Below the pieces are notes generated by a model. It saw only the letters and a list, made by a program, of their open reading frames with translations, was not told where the DNA came from and did no database searches. 64,000 nucleotides of DNA from Chloroflexota bacterium (lineage in GTDB: Bacteria > Chloroflexota > UBA11872 > VXOZ01): assembly GCA_965221905.1 (NCBI GenBank), contig OZ244922.1, forward strand, positions 992,001-1,056,000. The letters run 5' to 3'. Below, piece by piece: positions 20,779-31,336 of this stretch; position 1 is the first letter of the stretch; the number at the start of each line of letters is the position of its first letter. Position numbers and translations under genes: made by a program.

Positions 20779-21702
20779 CTAAGATGCAGCACTTTCCAGC
20801 CAGCGCACGAATCCCTCCGAGCACCAGTACGCCGGGTCACTCTCCGCCAGCGCGATCCATTCGTCTACAACCGGTCTAATGCGCATGTAGCGCAAGCGGG
20901 CGGAACCGATCGTGCCGTAGCGCAGCAAGCCCTTTTCCGCGAAGAGTTCTTCCGCGATCAGGCGCTTGTCGGTGCCGATGCCGGCCCAGATGCCTGGGCG
21001 CGTCCAGCCGCGCACCTGCGCGAGCAGGGCCTCACGCCGGTCGGGCGCGGCGCGCGCCAGCGCCCGGTGGGCGAGGTGCGTTTCGACAAAGTGCACCATG
21101 GTCAGGCGCTGGCAGTTGACGCCGATAAGACAGTAGAAGACGTTCCAGTCGTAGAGCCGCTGCCAAGGGCTTTCTGCGGCGAACGCGCCAGGGCCCCAAG
21201 GACTCTCACGCAGTCCCGCTCTAGCGTGATGCGCGGTGAGTGCTGCGGCCCGCGCTCCGATGGCGGCCACCGAGTGGGTGTAGTGGTTGCTGCGCTGCGC
21301 TTCCGGTCGTTGGCGGAAGGTTTCCGGTATCAAGCCGCAGTACGTGGGTGTAGTTGCGATGTCCCAGAAGTCCCACACGCGGCGTTTCTCGCGCTCCTTG
21401 CGCCACTGGCTCAGCGTCGGCACGGCAACGGTCCCGGCAGGACCCACCGCGTCTAGAAAGCCGTCGATCACGGCCTCCGCGCCGCCTTCCACAGTTCCCA
21501 TGCTGCTCAATGAGCTATGGAACATCGCGGTATCGCCTTGGCGAAGGCCAACTTCGCGCAGCGCGGCGGCAATCGCTGCCCGCGTGACCCGAACTGACGG
21601 ATCGCCCGGCTCGTGGTCCATGTAGCCCCCGGCGGTTGCCTGCACCTCTACGACAGCCTTTAGCCGTTGGGCGGCGCGCTCTGCGCTATCCCTTGACCCC
21701 AC
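20779..21702 (-). CDS. AAC(3)/YokD-like N-acetyltransferase family protein
   Basis: MFHSSLSSMG, GTVAVPT, GLIPETFR, RSNHYTHSVAAIG and TMVHFVE motifs. Confidence 0.85.
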   Translation of the reverse strand: MGSRDSAERAAQRLKAVVEVQATAGGYMDHEPGDPSVRVTRAAIAAALREVGLRQGDTAMFHSSLSSMGTVEGGAEAVIDGFLDAVGPAGTVAVPTLSQWRKEREKRRVWDFWDIATTPTYCGLIPETFRQRPEAQRSNHYTHSVAAIGARAAALTAHHARAGLRESPWGPGAFAAESPWQRLYDWNVFYCLIGVNCQRLTMVHFVETHLAHRALARAAPDRREALLAQVRGWTRPGIWAGIGTDKRLIAEELFAEKGLLRYGTIGSARLRYMRIRPVVDEWIALAESDPAYWCSEGFVRWLESAAS

Positions 21703-21770
21703 AGGTAGCGTCCTTTCCTGCTCGGCCTAGCAACAACCTTTATCGAGCGGTGAAGTCTCGATCGGTGTCG

Positions 21771-22733
21771 TCAGCCTACGAGCTCGCTTGCCGGTGGGAC
21801 GATTTCGTCAATGGCGGCGCATTCGTCGGCGGTTATCTCAACCTCAAGGGCCCCGAGATTATCCTGGAGTTGCTCTAGTGTGCGCGGGCCGATGATGGGA
21901 GCGGTGATGCCGGGTTGCGCCAGCAGCCAGGCGAGTCCAAACTGGCTCAAGGTGACGCCTCTGGCGGCGGCCATCTTTTCTAAGGCTTCGAGCGCGTCGA
22001 AAGTCGGCGCATACGTTGCGGTGCCAAAATCCATGCTGCGGTCCGCGAAGCGCGAGTCGGCAGGAGCGGCTTCGTCGCGGCGGTACTTGCCTGTGAGCCA
22101 GCCGCCGGCCAAGGGGCTGAATGGCACGACACCAATGCCGTACTTGCGGGTGAACGGCAGCACCTCCGCCTCGATGGCGCGGTTGAAGATACTGTACGGG
22201 GGTTGCTCAGAGACAACGGGCGCGAAACCGAGGCGGTCACTCGTCCACATGGCCTCGCAGAGCTGCCAACCGGCAAACTTCGAGGTGCCGAAATAGAGGA
22301 TCTTGCCCTGACGCCGCAGGTCTTCAAGTGTGCGGAGGGTCTCTTCGATGGGCACTGTGGGATCGGGCCGGTGGAGCTGGTAGAGGTCGATGCGGTCGGT
22401 GTTTAACCGCCGCAGGCTGGCATGTACCTGCTCCATGATGTGATAGCGGCTGGTGCCCCGGTCGTTTGGGCCGTCGCCCATGGGGTGGAAGACCTTGGTT
22501 GCCAGCACCACCTTGTCGCGGCAGTCTTTGATAGCGCGACCGACGATTGTTTCGGAGTATCCCCTGGGTTCAGAGTAGGCGTTTGCCGTGTCTATCACGT
22601 TAATACCGGCTTCGAGCGCGGCATTAATCAGCGCCGTCCCGTCCTCCTCAGAAATACGCGTGTTGAAGTAGGCGGTGCCCAGCCACAACGGCGAGACTTT
22701 GACACCGGCACGTCCCAGATTGCGATACTCCAT
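21771..22733 (-). CDS. aldo/keto reductase
   Basis: LGRAGVKVS, IDTANAY, SLRRLNTDRIDLYQLH and PFSPLAGG motifs. Confidence 0.95.
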   Translation of the reverse strand: MEYRNLGRAGVKVSPLWLGTAYFNTRISEEDGTALINAALEAGINVIDTANAYSEPRGYSETIVGRAIKDCRDKVVLATKVFHPMGDGPNDRGTSRYHIMEQVHASLRRLNTDRIDLYQLHRPDPTVPIEETLRTLEDLRRQGKILYFGTSKFAGWQLCEAMWTSDRLGFAPVVSEQPPYSIFNRAIEAEVLPFTRKYGIGVVPFSPLAGGWLTGKYRRDEAAPADSRFADRSMDFGTATYAPTFDALEALEKMAAARGVTLSQFGLAWLLAQPGITAPIIGPRTLEQLQDNLGALEVEITADECAAIDEIVPPASELVG

Positions 22734-22911
22734 GATTCAGTCTCCTTTTGAATTCGCTTCTTGCTTTCCTATTAAGGATAGCGTCTTGGAGTGCTTTTCG
22801 CTAAGCGGCGAGTGCCGGGAGTGGGACATAGGGGAAGTGCAAAAAGCTTGTGGCCCTTCTGGGCCGCACCCCGTATTAGACTCATGGCAGTGGGGCATTC
22901 GCCCTAGATGG

Positions 22912-22939
22912 GTAGGGGCACGGCATGCCGTGCCCCTAC
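22912..22939. repeat. GTAG-type REP palindrome gtaggggcacggcatgccgtgcccctac
   Basis: Perfect 28-bp palindrome; family also at 17237, 24840, 26498, ~28139 and 61209. Confidence 0.9.
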
Positions 22940-23122
22940 GCTCTCGTAGCTGCGGTGCGCTCTGGCAACTAAGCCCGCGTCTCAATTCAGAAATGACACT
23001 AGCGTGTCTGCGGGTTTCTATCCCCACAGACACGCTAGTTGTTGCCTAAGATCTTGCGCGTGACGAGAGCAAGTGCGCCGCTTATGCTAAGAGCGCGCTT
23101 GGCTCATGTCACTGTCGGTGCT

Positions 23123-24499
23123 CTAAGCAAATTCCGCGATGAAGTCGTCCATCGCCGTCTGGGCTTGCTCCTCGAAATTGCGCATACCTTCAGCAACTGT
23201 GACCTCATTGCGCATGATCGCCTGCAGGTTCTTGCTCGTGATCGGGAGAATGTCGCCCGCGCCGGGCACACTCACGACAAAGCGGGCGCCAATCATCTCG
23301 TCGATGGCAAGCCTGCGCAGCTTGTCGTCGCCGATATACGCTTCACTCTGGGCGACGACCTGACGCACCGGGATGCGGTCCATGGCCAGCGACCAGCGCA
23401 GGTTCACGTCGGCGCCGTACATAAAGTCGGCCCAGGCAAAGCCGCCATCGGGATTGCTGCTGCCGTTGGGCAGGCAGAAGGCCCAGTCGCCGCAGTATGT
23501 AGCCGGCAGGCCGCCGAGTTCCCGCTGCGGATATGTCGCAAAGTCGTAGTTGAGACCCTCGGCGTAGGGCTGGAGAGAGACGCGGGTAGCATTGGTCAGG
23601 TACATGTACGTATTGCCGCCGCTACCGTACTCCTGCAAGCGGTTCTCAAACGTGCCGTGGAACTCACGGACCTTTTCGTAACCGCCTTGGCCGTCAAGGA
23701 CTTTCTTGAGCCAGGTAACGGTGTTGATGGCCAGCTCATTATTCACCTGGATCTTCGTCCTGTCAGGGCTGAGCATCTCGCCGCCCTGTTGCCAGTAGCC
23801 AACCATCCAGGTGTGGATGCCGCCGGAGCCGCGGAACGGGTCCCAGCCGAGACGCTCGATGTTGTCGCCACTCACCTTGTGCACTTTGAGCAGTGCATCG
23901 TCCATTTCATCCCAGGTAGCCGGCGGAGATTCGGGATCGAGACCGGCTTCCAGCGAGTGGTCTGCGTTCAGATAGATGACGCGGGCGTCGATGCTATAGC
24001 TGATGCCGTAGGTCTGGCCCGCCCACTGCATGGCCTCGTACTTCCCCGGCCAGAGGTCGTCCACCTGCACGTTGGCGGCGGTGGCAATGTAGGCATCGAG
24101 CGGACGCACGAGTTCCAGCAGACCCCACTGGGGCTGGATGTACGACTGCGTCTTGGAGTTGTCCGGCGCGACACCCGCCGCTACCACGGTGGGAATATCG
24201 CCAAATCCGCCGTTGCCGCGAATGAGCGGCACGAGCGTGTAGTTGGTGGTCTCGTCGAATTCCTCACGGATCTGCATGGGAATTTCTTCGTTATCGAAAT
24301 TCCACGGCGCAAAGCCGGTATACCAGAAGACGACAGGCGACTTCTCCATCATCGCCTCGCCGGCGTCGCCATCGCCTTCAGGCGCGGCTGCTTCCTCCAT
24401 GGCTCCGGTGCCTGCTTGCGCGCCGCACGCCGCGAGCAATGCGCCCGCGCCGGTCAGGGCGGCAGTGCCGAGGAAATGTCGTCTGGACAGTGATGCCAT
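23123..24499 (-). CDS. Tat-exported extracellular solute-binding lipoprotein (sugar ABC type)
   Basis: SRRHFL twin-arginine signal, LAAC lipobox, YGISY, PPATWDE. Confidence 0.9.
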   Translation of the reverse strand: MASLSRRHFLGTAALTGAGALLAACGAQAGTGAMEEAAAPEGDGDAGEAMMEKSPVVFWYTGFAPWNFDNEEIPMQIREEFDETTNYTLVPLIRGNGGFGDIPTVVAAGVAPDNSKTQSYIQPQWGLLELVRPLDAYIATAANVQVDDLWPGKYEAMQWAGQTYGISYSIDARVIYLNADHSLEAGLDPESPPATWDEMDDALLKVHKVSGDNIERLGWDPFRGSGGIHTWMVGYWQQGGEMLSPDRTKIQVNNELAINTVTWLKKVLDGQGGYEKVREFHGTFENRLQEYGSGGNTYMYLTNATRVSLQPYAEGLNYDFATYPQRELGGLPATYCGDWAFCLPNGSSNPDGGFAWADFMYGADVNLRWSLAMDRIPVRQVVAQSEAYIGDDKLRRLAIDEMIGARFVVSVPGAGDILPITSKNLQAIMRNEVTVAEGMRNFEEQAQTAMDDFIAEFA

Positions 24500-24917
24500 T
24501 AAGTCTACCCTCCTGGGTAAGAACTACAACAAATCAACCTGCGCACCCGTACGGAGCACTGCGCATAATTTTCCGCAAATAAACATACCACTCTACGCAG
24601 AACTCTTTGCAGAATGCTTGTCCTACATCTTAGCATAGAATGCACGTTAATTTGCAATATACAGTTGCAGTGGTTTCGTTTTGCGAAAGTCTGATAGAGA
24701 CGGGGTTGCACTGATGCCGGTTAGAGCGGAGGATAGGGTTCTCGCGAAATTTCGAGTTAACCAAGTAATTCAAGGCATGCTCTGAACACCGGAGCGACCT
24801 AGGTGCTAGCCATCCTTCAGCTGCATGTTGAGGAATGAGGTAGGGGCACGACATGTCGTGCCCCTACCAGCGTATTCGGTCTGATGCAGCGGTGAGCTAC
24901 CGATGCATTTTACGCTC

Positions 24918-26273
24918 TTACCGCAGGCAGCCGCCTTTGTTGATCCAGCCCTGCACCTGCTCATCGGTCTTCGCCATACCCTCGGCGACGGTCAGCGATC
25001 CCTCCACCATGGCGTCCCAGGTGGCGCGCCACTCAGTATTGAAGTCGCCTTGCTTCAGAAGCTGCGGCACCGGCCGGCCTTCGCTTGCCATCTGCTTGTA
25101 GACTGCGGGGTTTTCGTAGGGATACAGCGTCAGGGGTTCCAGATTCTTGTTGGCCGTGAAGCGGCCGTGACCGGTGGCCGCGACTTCCGGCAAAGCGTCG
25201 GCGCTCACCGTGTACTTCAAGAAGGCCCAACCACCATCCGGGTTCTTGGCGCCTTCGCCGATGAAGATACCGATGGGCGTCATGACCGTTGCGCTATCGC
25301 CGTTCGGCCCCTTTGGTCGCCCTGCCATGCCGATCTCAAAGAGATCGTTGGCGGTGATTCTCTCCTCGAATTGGCGGACGCCGCCGGTGGCGCGCTCGAA
25401 CATGCCGAGGGTGCCTTCCAGGAAGTTGCCGCCAATCACCTTGTGCTTGGCAAAGAGGTCAACGCAAAACTGCACCGCATCAGTAAACGCAGGGGTGTTG
25501 AACGTAGCCTGCGTGCAACCTTCATTCCACAAGTCTGCGCCCCAGGCCCAGGCATAGTACGGCAGGTATGACGTGTACATGGGGTAGATCTGCATGCCGC
25601 CAAACGCAATGTCATCCCCTTCGCGCTTGGTGAGTCTGACTGCGGCATCCAGCGCAGCTTCCCATGTCCAGTTGCCTTCGGCTTCGAGCTCGGCGGGAGT
25701 TTTCAAGCCGGCCTCGACGAACTTGTCATTGTTGGACCAGATGGGGTGCGCGGTGAGCAACCAGGCGAGTCCATACGCCACGCCTTTGTACTTGAGAATG
25801 CCGGATTCGTAGAAGTCGTCCGGAGTTACCTCAGTGTCTTTGGCTAAGAAGGAATTGATCGACTGGATGATTCCAGCATCGGAAAACAGTCCCATCCAGC
25901 CAAAGTAGCCGTAAATGGCATCAAACGTGAAACCGGCAGCCATGGTAGTAGTCGCTCTTGCGGAAACCTGGTCGAATGCGGAATCGGTTATTCCCAGCTT
26001 ATATTCAGGGTGCTTTGCTTCGAAGTTAGCGAAGATGGTAAGCCAGGAATTGATCCACGTCTGGTTCTGGCCCCGCAGCACCATGAGCGCGCTTACGGTG
26101 GTCGGCGCCATTGTCTTGGGTGATTTCTCAGTCTTGGTCTCTTCTTGCGGTGCTTCACCGGATTTCGTCGCCGTGGTCGCCGCACCGCACGCCGCCAAGG
26201 TCGCCAAGCCCGCACCGCTTGCCGCTCCGCTGAGCAGGATCCGGCGTGTCATTCGCCTGCGGTCGCTTACAAT
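24918..26273 (-). CDS. Tat solute-binding lipoprotein, tandem duplicate copy 1
   Basis: TRRILL signal and LAAC lipobox; colinear with 26576..27931. The codon aligned with the paralog's ATG is ATT (26273); the alternative start is ATG at 26252. Confidence 0.85.
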   Translation of the reverse strand: MVSDRRRMTRRILLSGAASGAGLATLAACGAATTATKSGEAPQEETKTEKSPKTMAPTTVSALMVLRGQNQTWINSWLTIFANFEAKHPEYKLGITDSAFDQVSARATTTMAAGFTFDAIYGYFGWMGLFSDAGIIQSINSFLAKDTEVTPDDFYESGILKYKGVAYGLAWLLTAHPIWSNNDKFVEAGLKTPAELEAEGNWTWEAALDAAVRLTKREGDDIAFGGMQIYPMYTSYLPYYAWAWGADLWNEGCTQATFNTPAFTDAVQFCVDLFAKHKVIGGNFLEGTLGMFERATGGVRQFEERITANDLFEIGMAGRPKGPNGDSATVMTPIGIFIGEGAKNPDGGWAFLKYTVSADALPEVAATGHGRFTANKNLEPLTLYPYENPAVYKQMASEGRPVPQLLKQGDFNTEWRATWDAMVEGSLTVAEGMAKTDEQVQGWINKGGCLR

Positions 26274-26317
26274 TGCTCTGCCTCCTACGTGCTTGACTGA
26301 GCTACTTCCCACAAAAA

Positions 26318-26347
26318 AGTATGGAGTTATAAAAGCGAGACTGTCAA
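26318..26347 (-). promoter_or_regulatory. sigma70-like promoter TTGACA-N18-CATACT
   Basis: Both hexamers are conserved in the duplicated copy (27975-28004) while part of the spacer has diverged. Confidence 0.65.
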
Positions 26348-26575
26348 GTGATAAAGACAACAGTACTCTTAGATATCGTCCGTTTCGACCCCGTCATTCC
26401 CGCGAAAGCGGGAAACCATCTTCTCTTCGATACGAGCCCTGCAGGTTAGAGTGACGGAGGTTGTTTCGAGTACTTCAACAGGAACCTCAGGAATGAGGTA
26501 GGGGCACGACATGTCGTGCCCCTACCAGCGTACTCGGTCTGATGCAGCGGTGAGTTACCGATGCACTTTACGCTC

Positions 26576-27931
26576 TTACCGCAGGCAGCCGCCTTCGTTG
26601 ATCCAGCCCTGCACCTGCTCCTGGGTCTTCGCCATACCCTCGGCGACGGTGAGCGAACCCTCCGCCATGGCGTCCCAGGTGGCGCGCCACTCGGTATTGA
26701 AGTCGCCCTGCTTCAGCAGTTGCGGCACGGGGCGGCCTTCGCTCGCCATCTGCTTGTAGTATTCGGCGTTTTCATACGGGAAGAGCGTCAGCGGTTCCAG
26801 ATGCCTATTGGCCGTGAACCGGCCCTGGCCGGTGGCAGCGACTTCCGGCAGCGCGTCGGCGCTCACCGTGTACTTGAGGAAGGCCCAACCGCCCTCGGGG
26901 TTCTTGGCGCCTTCGCCGATGAAGATGCCGATAGGCGTCATGACCGTAGCGCGATCGCCGTTCGGCCCTTTCGGCCGCGGCGCCATGCCGATCTCGAAGA
27001 GGTCGCGCGCCGTGATCTTCTCCTCGAACTGGCGCACGCCGCCGGTGGCGCGCTCGAACATGCCCAGGGTGCCCTCGAGAAAGTTGCCGCCGATTACCCT
27101 GTGCTTGGCAAAGAGGTCTACGCAGAATTGCACCGCGTCGGCAAACTCCGGGGTGTTGAACGTGGCTTGCGTGCACCCTTCATTCCATAGGTCCGCGCCC
27201 CACGCCCAAGCATAGTAGGGCAGGTAGGACGTGTGCGTGGGGTGGATTCGCAAGCCGCCAAACGCGATTTCATCACCCTCGCGCTTAGTGAGTCGCACGG
27301 CGGCTTCCAGCACGGCATCCCATGTCCAGTTGCCCTCATCTTCAAGCTCGGCCGGGGTCTTCAGGCCAGCCTCAACGAACTTGTCCTTGTTGAACCAAAT
27401 GGGATGCGCGGTGAGCAGCCAGGCGAGGCCGTACGCCACGCCTTTGTACTTGAGAATGCCGGATTCGTAGAAGTCGTCCGGGGAAACCTCAGTGTCTTTC
27501 GCCAGCAGCGGCGTGACCGGCTGGATGATCCCTCCGTCCACAAACGGCCCCAACCAACCGAAATACCCGTAGATGTCGTCGAAGGAAATACCGGCCGCCA
27601 GGGCTGCGCCCGCTTTGGTCGTGACTTCCCTAAACCCGGAATCGGCGATTTCCAGCTTGTATTCGGGGTGCTTGGCTTCAAAGTTGGCAAAGATGGTATT
27701 CCAGGAGTTGATCCACGTCTCGTTCTGGCCCTGCAGCACCATGAGGGCGTTGACGATGGTTGGCTCCATCGCCTTGGGTGCTTCTTCCGCCTTGGCCTCT
27801 GTTTCAGGAGCCTCACCGGCTTCCGTCATCATGGTCGCGGTACCGCAAGCCGCCAGCGCTAGCATGCCCGCACTGCCCGCTACTCCTTTGAGCAGGTATC
27901 GCCGTGTCATTCGACTGCGTTCGCCTTGCAT
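26576..27931 (-). CDS. Tat solute-binding lipoprotein, tandem duplicate copy 2
   Basis: TRRYLL signal, LAAC lipobox, GGAGG RBS; highly similar to the preceding gene. Confidence 0.9.
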   Translation of the reverse strand: MQGERSRMTRRYLLKGVAGSAGMLALAACGTATMMTEAGEAPETEAKAEEAPKAMEPTIVNALMVLQGQNETWINSWNTIFANFEAKHPEYKLEIADSGFREVTTKAGAALAAGISFDDIYGYFGWLGPFVDGGIIQPVTPLLAKDTEVSPDDFYESGILKYKGVAYGLAWLLTAHPIWFNKDKFVEAGLKTPAELEDEGNWTWDAVLEAAVRLTKREGDEIAFGGLRIHPTHTSYLPYYAWAWGADLWNEGCTQATFNTPEFADAVQFCVDLFAKHRVIGGNFLEGTLGMFERATGGVRQFEEKITARDLFEIGMAPRPKGPNGDRATVMTPIGIFIGEGAKNPEGGWAFLKYTVSADALPEVAATGQGRFTANRHLEPLTLFPYENAEYYKQMASEGRPVPQLLKQGDFNTEWRATWDAMAEGSLTVAEGMAKTQEQVQGWINEGGCLR

Positions 27932-27974
27932 CGCGTTGCCTCCTAGGTGCTTGATTAGCCTATTACTGGTATCA

Positions 27975-28004
27975 AGTATGGTGCTGGAAGTGCGAGACTG
28001 TCAA
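27975..28004 (-). promoter_or_regulatory. sigma70-like promoter TTGACA-N18-CATACT
   Basis: Paralogous to 26318-26347. Confidence 0.65.
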
Positions 28005-28379
28005 GCGAGGAAGGCAAGTTTAGGGTCAGAGATGGCAAGTCAAGAATCCGTCATTCCGGCGAAAGCCGGAATCCATCTTCGGTTAAGCATGTCCGATTGC
28101 CGATGAAAGAGAAGCTCTTTTCCGCACCGACGGGCCGATAGGGGCAAGCATGCCTTGCCTCTACCCCGAGCCCCCGCATGTTGCAAACCTGCGCTACCAG
28201 ATATGATGGCTCGCTGATGGGTGTGGCTAGAGGAGAGCGTGCTTCTTTGTGGACATGGCGGTGCTATGGTAGACTGCCGCTGCGCGAGAAGTAGCTTACT
28301 CGCGTGAAGAAATTTCGTCTCAACTGACGATTTGTACGATTCTCGGTATACAGTCATGAAAAATTGAGGTGAGTGCCTG

Positions 28380-29588
28380 ATGGCGTGGGATGGAAGAGTA
28401 CCAATACTCCTCATTGGCGGCGGCATGATCAGCCAGGACGTGATCATCCCGACGATATTTCAAGAGCAAGATCGCGGCGTGGTGGGTGACGTCAGTATCG
28501 CGTCGCGGCGTGCGAGCACGCTTCGCAAAGTACGCGATCTCTTTCCTGACTATGCGTTTCGCGGCTATCCCGATCCCGATGCGGGCGATCCTGAGGCTTC
28601 CGTCCCCGATTCCTACAAAGCGGCTTTGGACGACCTCGACCCCCACGGCGTGGTGATGGTGGCGACCCCCGACCATCTCCACACCGAGATGATCCTAGCA
28701 GCCATCGAGCGCGGCCATCACGTGGTGGTGCAAAAGCCGCTCTGCTTGAAGGTCTCCGATGTTTACACTATTCTGACCGCCGCTGAGAACAAGGGCATTT
28801 ACGTTTACACCGATTACCACAAGCGCCACGACCGCGCCATTCGCGCCGCCCAGCGCTACTACCGGCAGGGACACCTGGGCGAAATGCTCCACGGGCACGC
28901 GTGGATAGAGGAGCGGCGCGAGATGCCGCTGGACATCTTTTCCCGTTGGGCGGAAGAGAGCTCGCCGTTCGAGTATATTGGCGTGCACTATGCCGACGCC
29001 TACTACTTCATCACCGGCCTTAAGCCCGCCCGCGTGTGGGGTTTCGGTCAGAAGAAATTTCTGCCGACGCAGGGCCAGGATGCTTTCGACGCGGTACAGG
29101 GCGTGATCGAGTGGACTGACGGGTCGGTGCTCTGGGTGCAAACTTCATGGGTCTGCGCGGAGGCGAATAGCGCGCTCACCAACCAGGGGATGCAGCTTTC
29201 CGGCACGCAAGGCGAGTACTGGGCCGACCACAAGGACCGTAAGCTGCACTTCGTCACCCAGGACAAGGGCTTCGAGCACTTCAATCCCAACTTCTTCAAG
29301 CAGTACGAGCCCTGGGACGGCGAGGGCACCGAATACGTGGGCTACGGCTACGATAGCGTGATGCAGGGCGTGCACGACGCGCGGCGCATCCTGCACGAAA
29401 CCGAGGGTCTGGATGCGGCGCAGGCGCTGCAGGCCCGGCGTGGTTTGCTCGCTGAATTTGCCAAGACCCGGCCCCTGCCGCAGCAGGCCGTGGTCGGCAC
29501 CGCCATCGCCGAGGCCGTGCGCCTCAGCATCGACCACAACAACCGCGCGGTGACCTTCGATGAGTTGCTCTATCCGGTGTTAGCGTAA
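28380..29588 (+). CDS. Gfo/Idh/MocA family oxidoreductase
   Basis: LIGGGMIS, VATPDHLH, VQKPL, HKRHD and IGVHYAD motifs. Confidence 0.92.
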   Translation: MAWDGRVPILLIGGGMISQDVIIPTIFQEQDRGVVGDVSIASRRASTLRKVRDLFPDYAFRGYPDPDAGDPEASVPDSYKAALDDLDPHGVVMVATPDHLHTEMILAAIERGHHVVVQKPLCLKVSDVYTILTAAENKGIYVYTDYHKRHDRAIRAAQRYYRQGHLGEMLHGHAWIEERREMPLDIFSRWAEESSPFEYIGVHYADAYYFITGLKPARVWGFGQKKFLPTQGQDAFDAVQGVIEWTDGSVLWVQTSWVCAEANSALTNQGMQLSGTQGEYWADHKDRKLHFVTQDKGFEHFNPNFFKQYEPWDGEGTEYVGYGYDSVMQGVHDARRILHETEGLDAAQALQARRGLLAEFAKTRPLPQQAVVGTAIAEAVRLSIDHNNRAVTFDELLYPVLA

Positions 29589-29967
29589 CACTCCTGTTTC
29601 TCGTGGTTGGTTTCCCTTTCCCGCTGGAGCCCATTGAATAAACCGGGGCCTAAAGTTTGGTATCCCCTCTCCATTGAGGAGACCTTTGCGTAACCTTTGC
29701 TGAGGCGAGAAAGTCCCCTCTCCCGCCAAGAGAGGTTTAGGGTGAGGGTCAGCCCAGCTAATCCAGTCTGACTACATCGGCACTCGTAGGTTACTGAACC
29801 CTCGGACTGTCAGAGTTGCGCCGTGTAAGAGCAACACAGTTCCCTTTCCTGGCGGGGCACAAGGCCCCGCGCTACAAGACTAAAGACCCTACCAACGGCC
29901 CAAAACGCGAATCGGATCTCCCAATCCCTCTTAAGTTATTCGCCTACGGATTCTAAGGACAATAACC

Positions 29968-30723
29968 ATGTTTTCGTACCGCAATAGCACGAAACAGCTC
30001 ACCGACTGCGGAGTCGATACCGCCGTAATAAGCGTTGGGTCCACCGAACAGTGCGGCCCGAGTTTGCCTTTGCACATCGACACACTTGTTGCGGAGTACT
30101 TTGCACGGGCGTTTGGCGAACGGCTCGATGCCTATGTGTTGCCGGCCCTGCCGTTCAATACCGCTGAAGAGCACGCGTCGTTCACAGGCACCGTCACGCT
30201 GCGCCCCAGCACGGTGATGCTCGTGTTGGAAGAGATTGTGGCCGGGCTGCGGGCGCAAGGCTTTCGCAAGCAGGTGCTCACGTGTGGGCACGGCGGCTCG
30301 TACTGGCTGTCGGCCTTCATCAAGCACATTAACCGGCAGTTACCGGACATTGTGGTCTTGAACGCGCATCAGGGAGGCGAGCGTGTCTGGAAAGAGGCGC
30401 GCGAACATGCCGGCCTTGCCGGCCGCGGCGAGGTGCACGGCGGCGCCGAATCCCGTGCGCTGGCGCTTTACCTCGCACCGGACTGCGTGCTGCCTGGCTC
30501 ATTTGGCAGCACGATACCGGAAGACGAACAGGACTACATGGACTACATGACGTGGGAAAAGATCGCCCCGGATGGTAGTTGGGGTGAATATAGCGAAGAC
30601 GATGCTGCCTTGGCCACGGCTGATGCTGGTCGCGCCCTCTTGGAATACTTCGTAACGCGCCAGGGCAGGTGGCTGGTAGAGCATCTGGCAGGTGTGTGCG
30701 CGCGCAAAGGAATACCGGCGTAG
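29968..30723 (+). CDS. creatininase family protein
   Basis: VGSTEQCGPSLPLHID, EEHASFTGT, GHGG and HGGAES motifs. Confidence 0.9.
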   Translation: MFSYRNSTKQLTDCGVDTAVISVGSTEQCGPSLPLHIDTLVAEYFARAFGERLDAYVLPALPFNTAEEHASFTGTVTLRPSTVMLVLEEIVAGLRAQGFRKQVLTCGHGGSYWLSAFIKHINRQLPDIVVLNAHQGGERVWKEAREHAGLAGRGEVHGGAESRALALYLAPDCVLPGSFGSTIPEDEQDYMDYMTWEKIAPDGSWGEYSEDDAALATADAGRALLEYFVTRQGRWLVEHLAGVCARKGIPA

Positions 30724-31142
30724 TTGCACTTAACTTGAACCTTCCAGCAATCTGTGATGCAGAACGAAAAGCGGTAATCCGTCCAATAATGGACCTTGCC
30801 CAAAGTTGCGTCGCGTAGGGGCAACCCTTGTGGTTGTCCTTGCATTGGGTAGGCCTATTGCACAGAGATGAATTCGCGCAGGAAACGGCGGGAGAAAGGA
30901 CTAGTGTTCCTGCCGAGATCGTGCGATGGGCTTAGAAAGAGGGAATCAGTCCACCTACATTTCTAGTCCACGATTGCGCCGCAGAAGGGCAACCACAAGG
31001 GTTGCCCCTACACCGGGTAGGCGACAAGCTCGGAGTAGAGTCCACGCGGGAGTGGAGAGAGAGGACAATTACTCTTACCAAGATTGTCGAATGAGCTTTG
31101 AAAGCGGGGATCTATCCATCAAGATGTCCTGTCCATGATTGC

Positions 31143-31335
31143 GCCGCAGCGGGCAACCACAAGGGATGCCCCAACGCCAGGTAGGCGATAGGCCGCAGCG
31201 GGCAACCACAAGGGTTTGCCCCTACGCCAGGTATGTGATAGGCCGCAGCGGGCAACTACAAGGGATGCCCCAACGCCAGATTGGCGATAGGCCGCAGCGG
31301 GGAACGACAAGGGATGCCCCAACGCCAGATTGGCG
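31143..31335. repeat. tandem array of 4 x 49-50 bp REP-containing units
   Basis: gccgcagcgggcaaccacaagggatgccccaacgccag units at 31143, 31192, 31242 and 31291; single copies at ~30815 and ~30987. Confidence 0.9.
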
Positions 31336-31336
31336 C

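Noticed and set aside
20779-21702. Acquired aminoglycoside resistance gene mobilised by the adjacent IS110
   Set aside because: The IS boundaries are fully resolved and exclude this gene; its base composition looks native; AAC(3)-like proteins often have other substrates.
23039-24493. Long antisense ORFs (also 4589..5668, 56408..57388, 57404..58402 and others)
   Set aside because: These are shadows of well-supported genes on the opposite strand, as expected in GC-rich DNA.
31143-31335. Possible CRISPR array
   Set aside because: The inter-repeat segments are short and similar to each other, the repeat is a REP palindrome, and there are no cas genes in the window.
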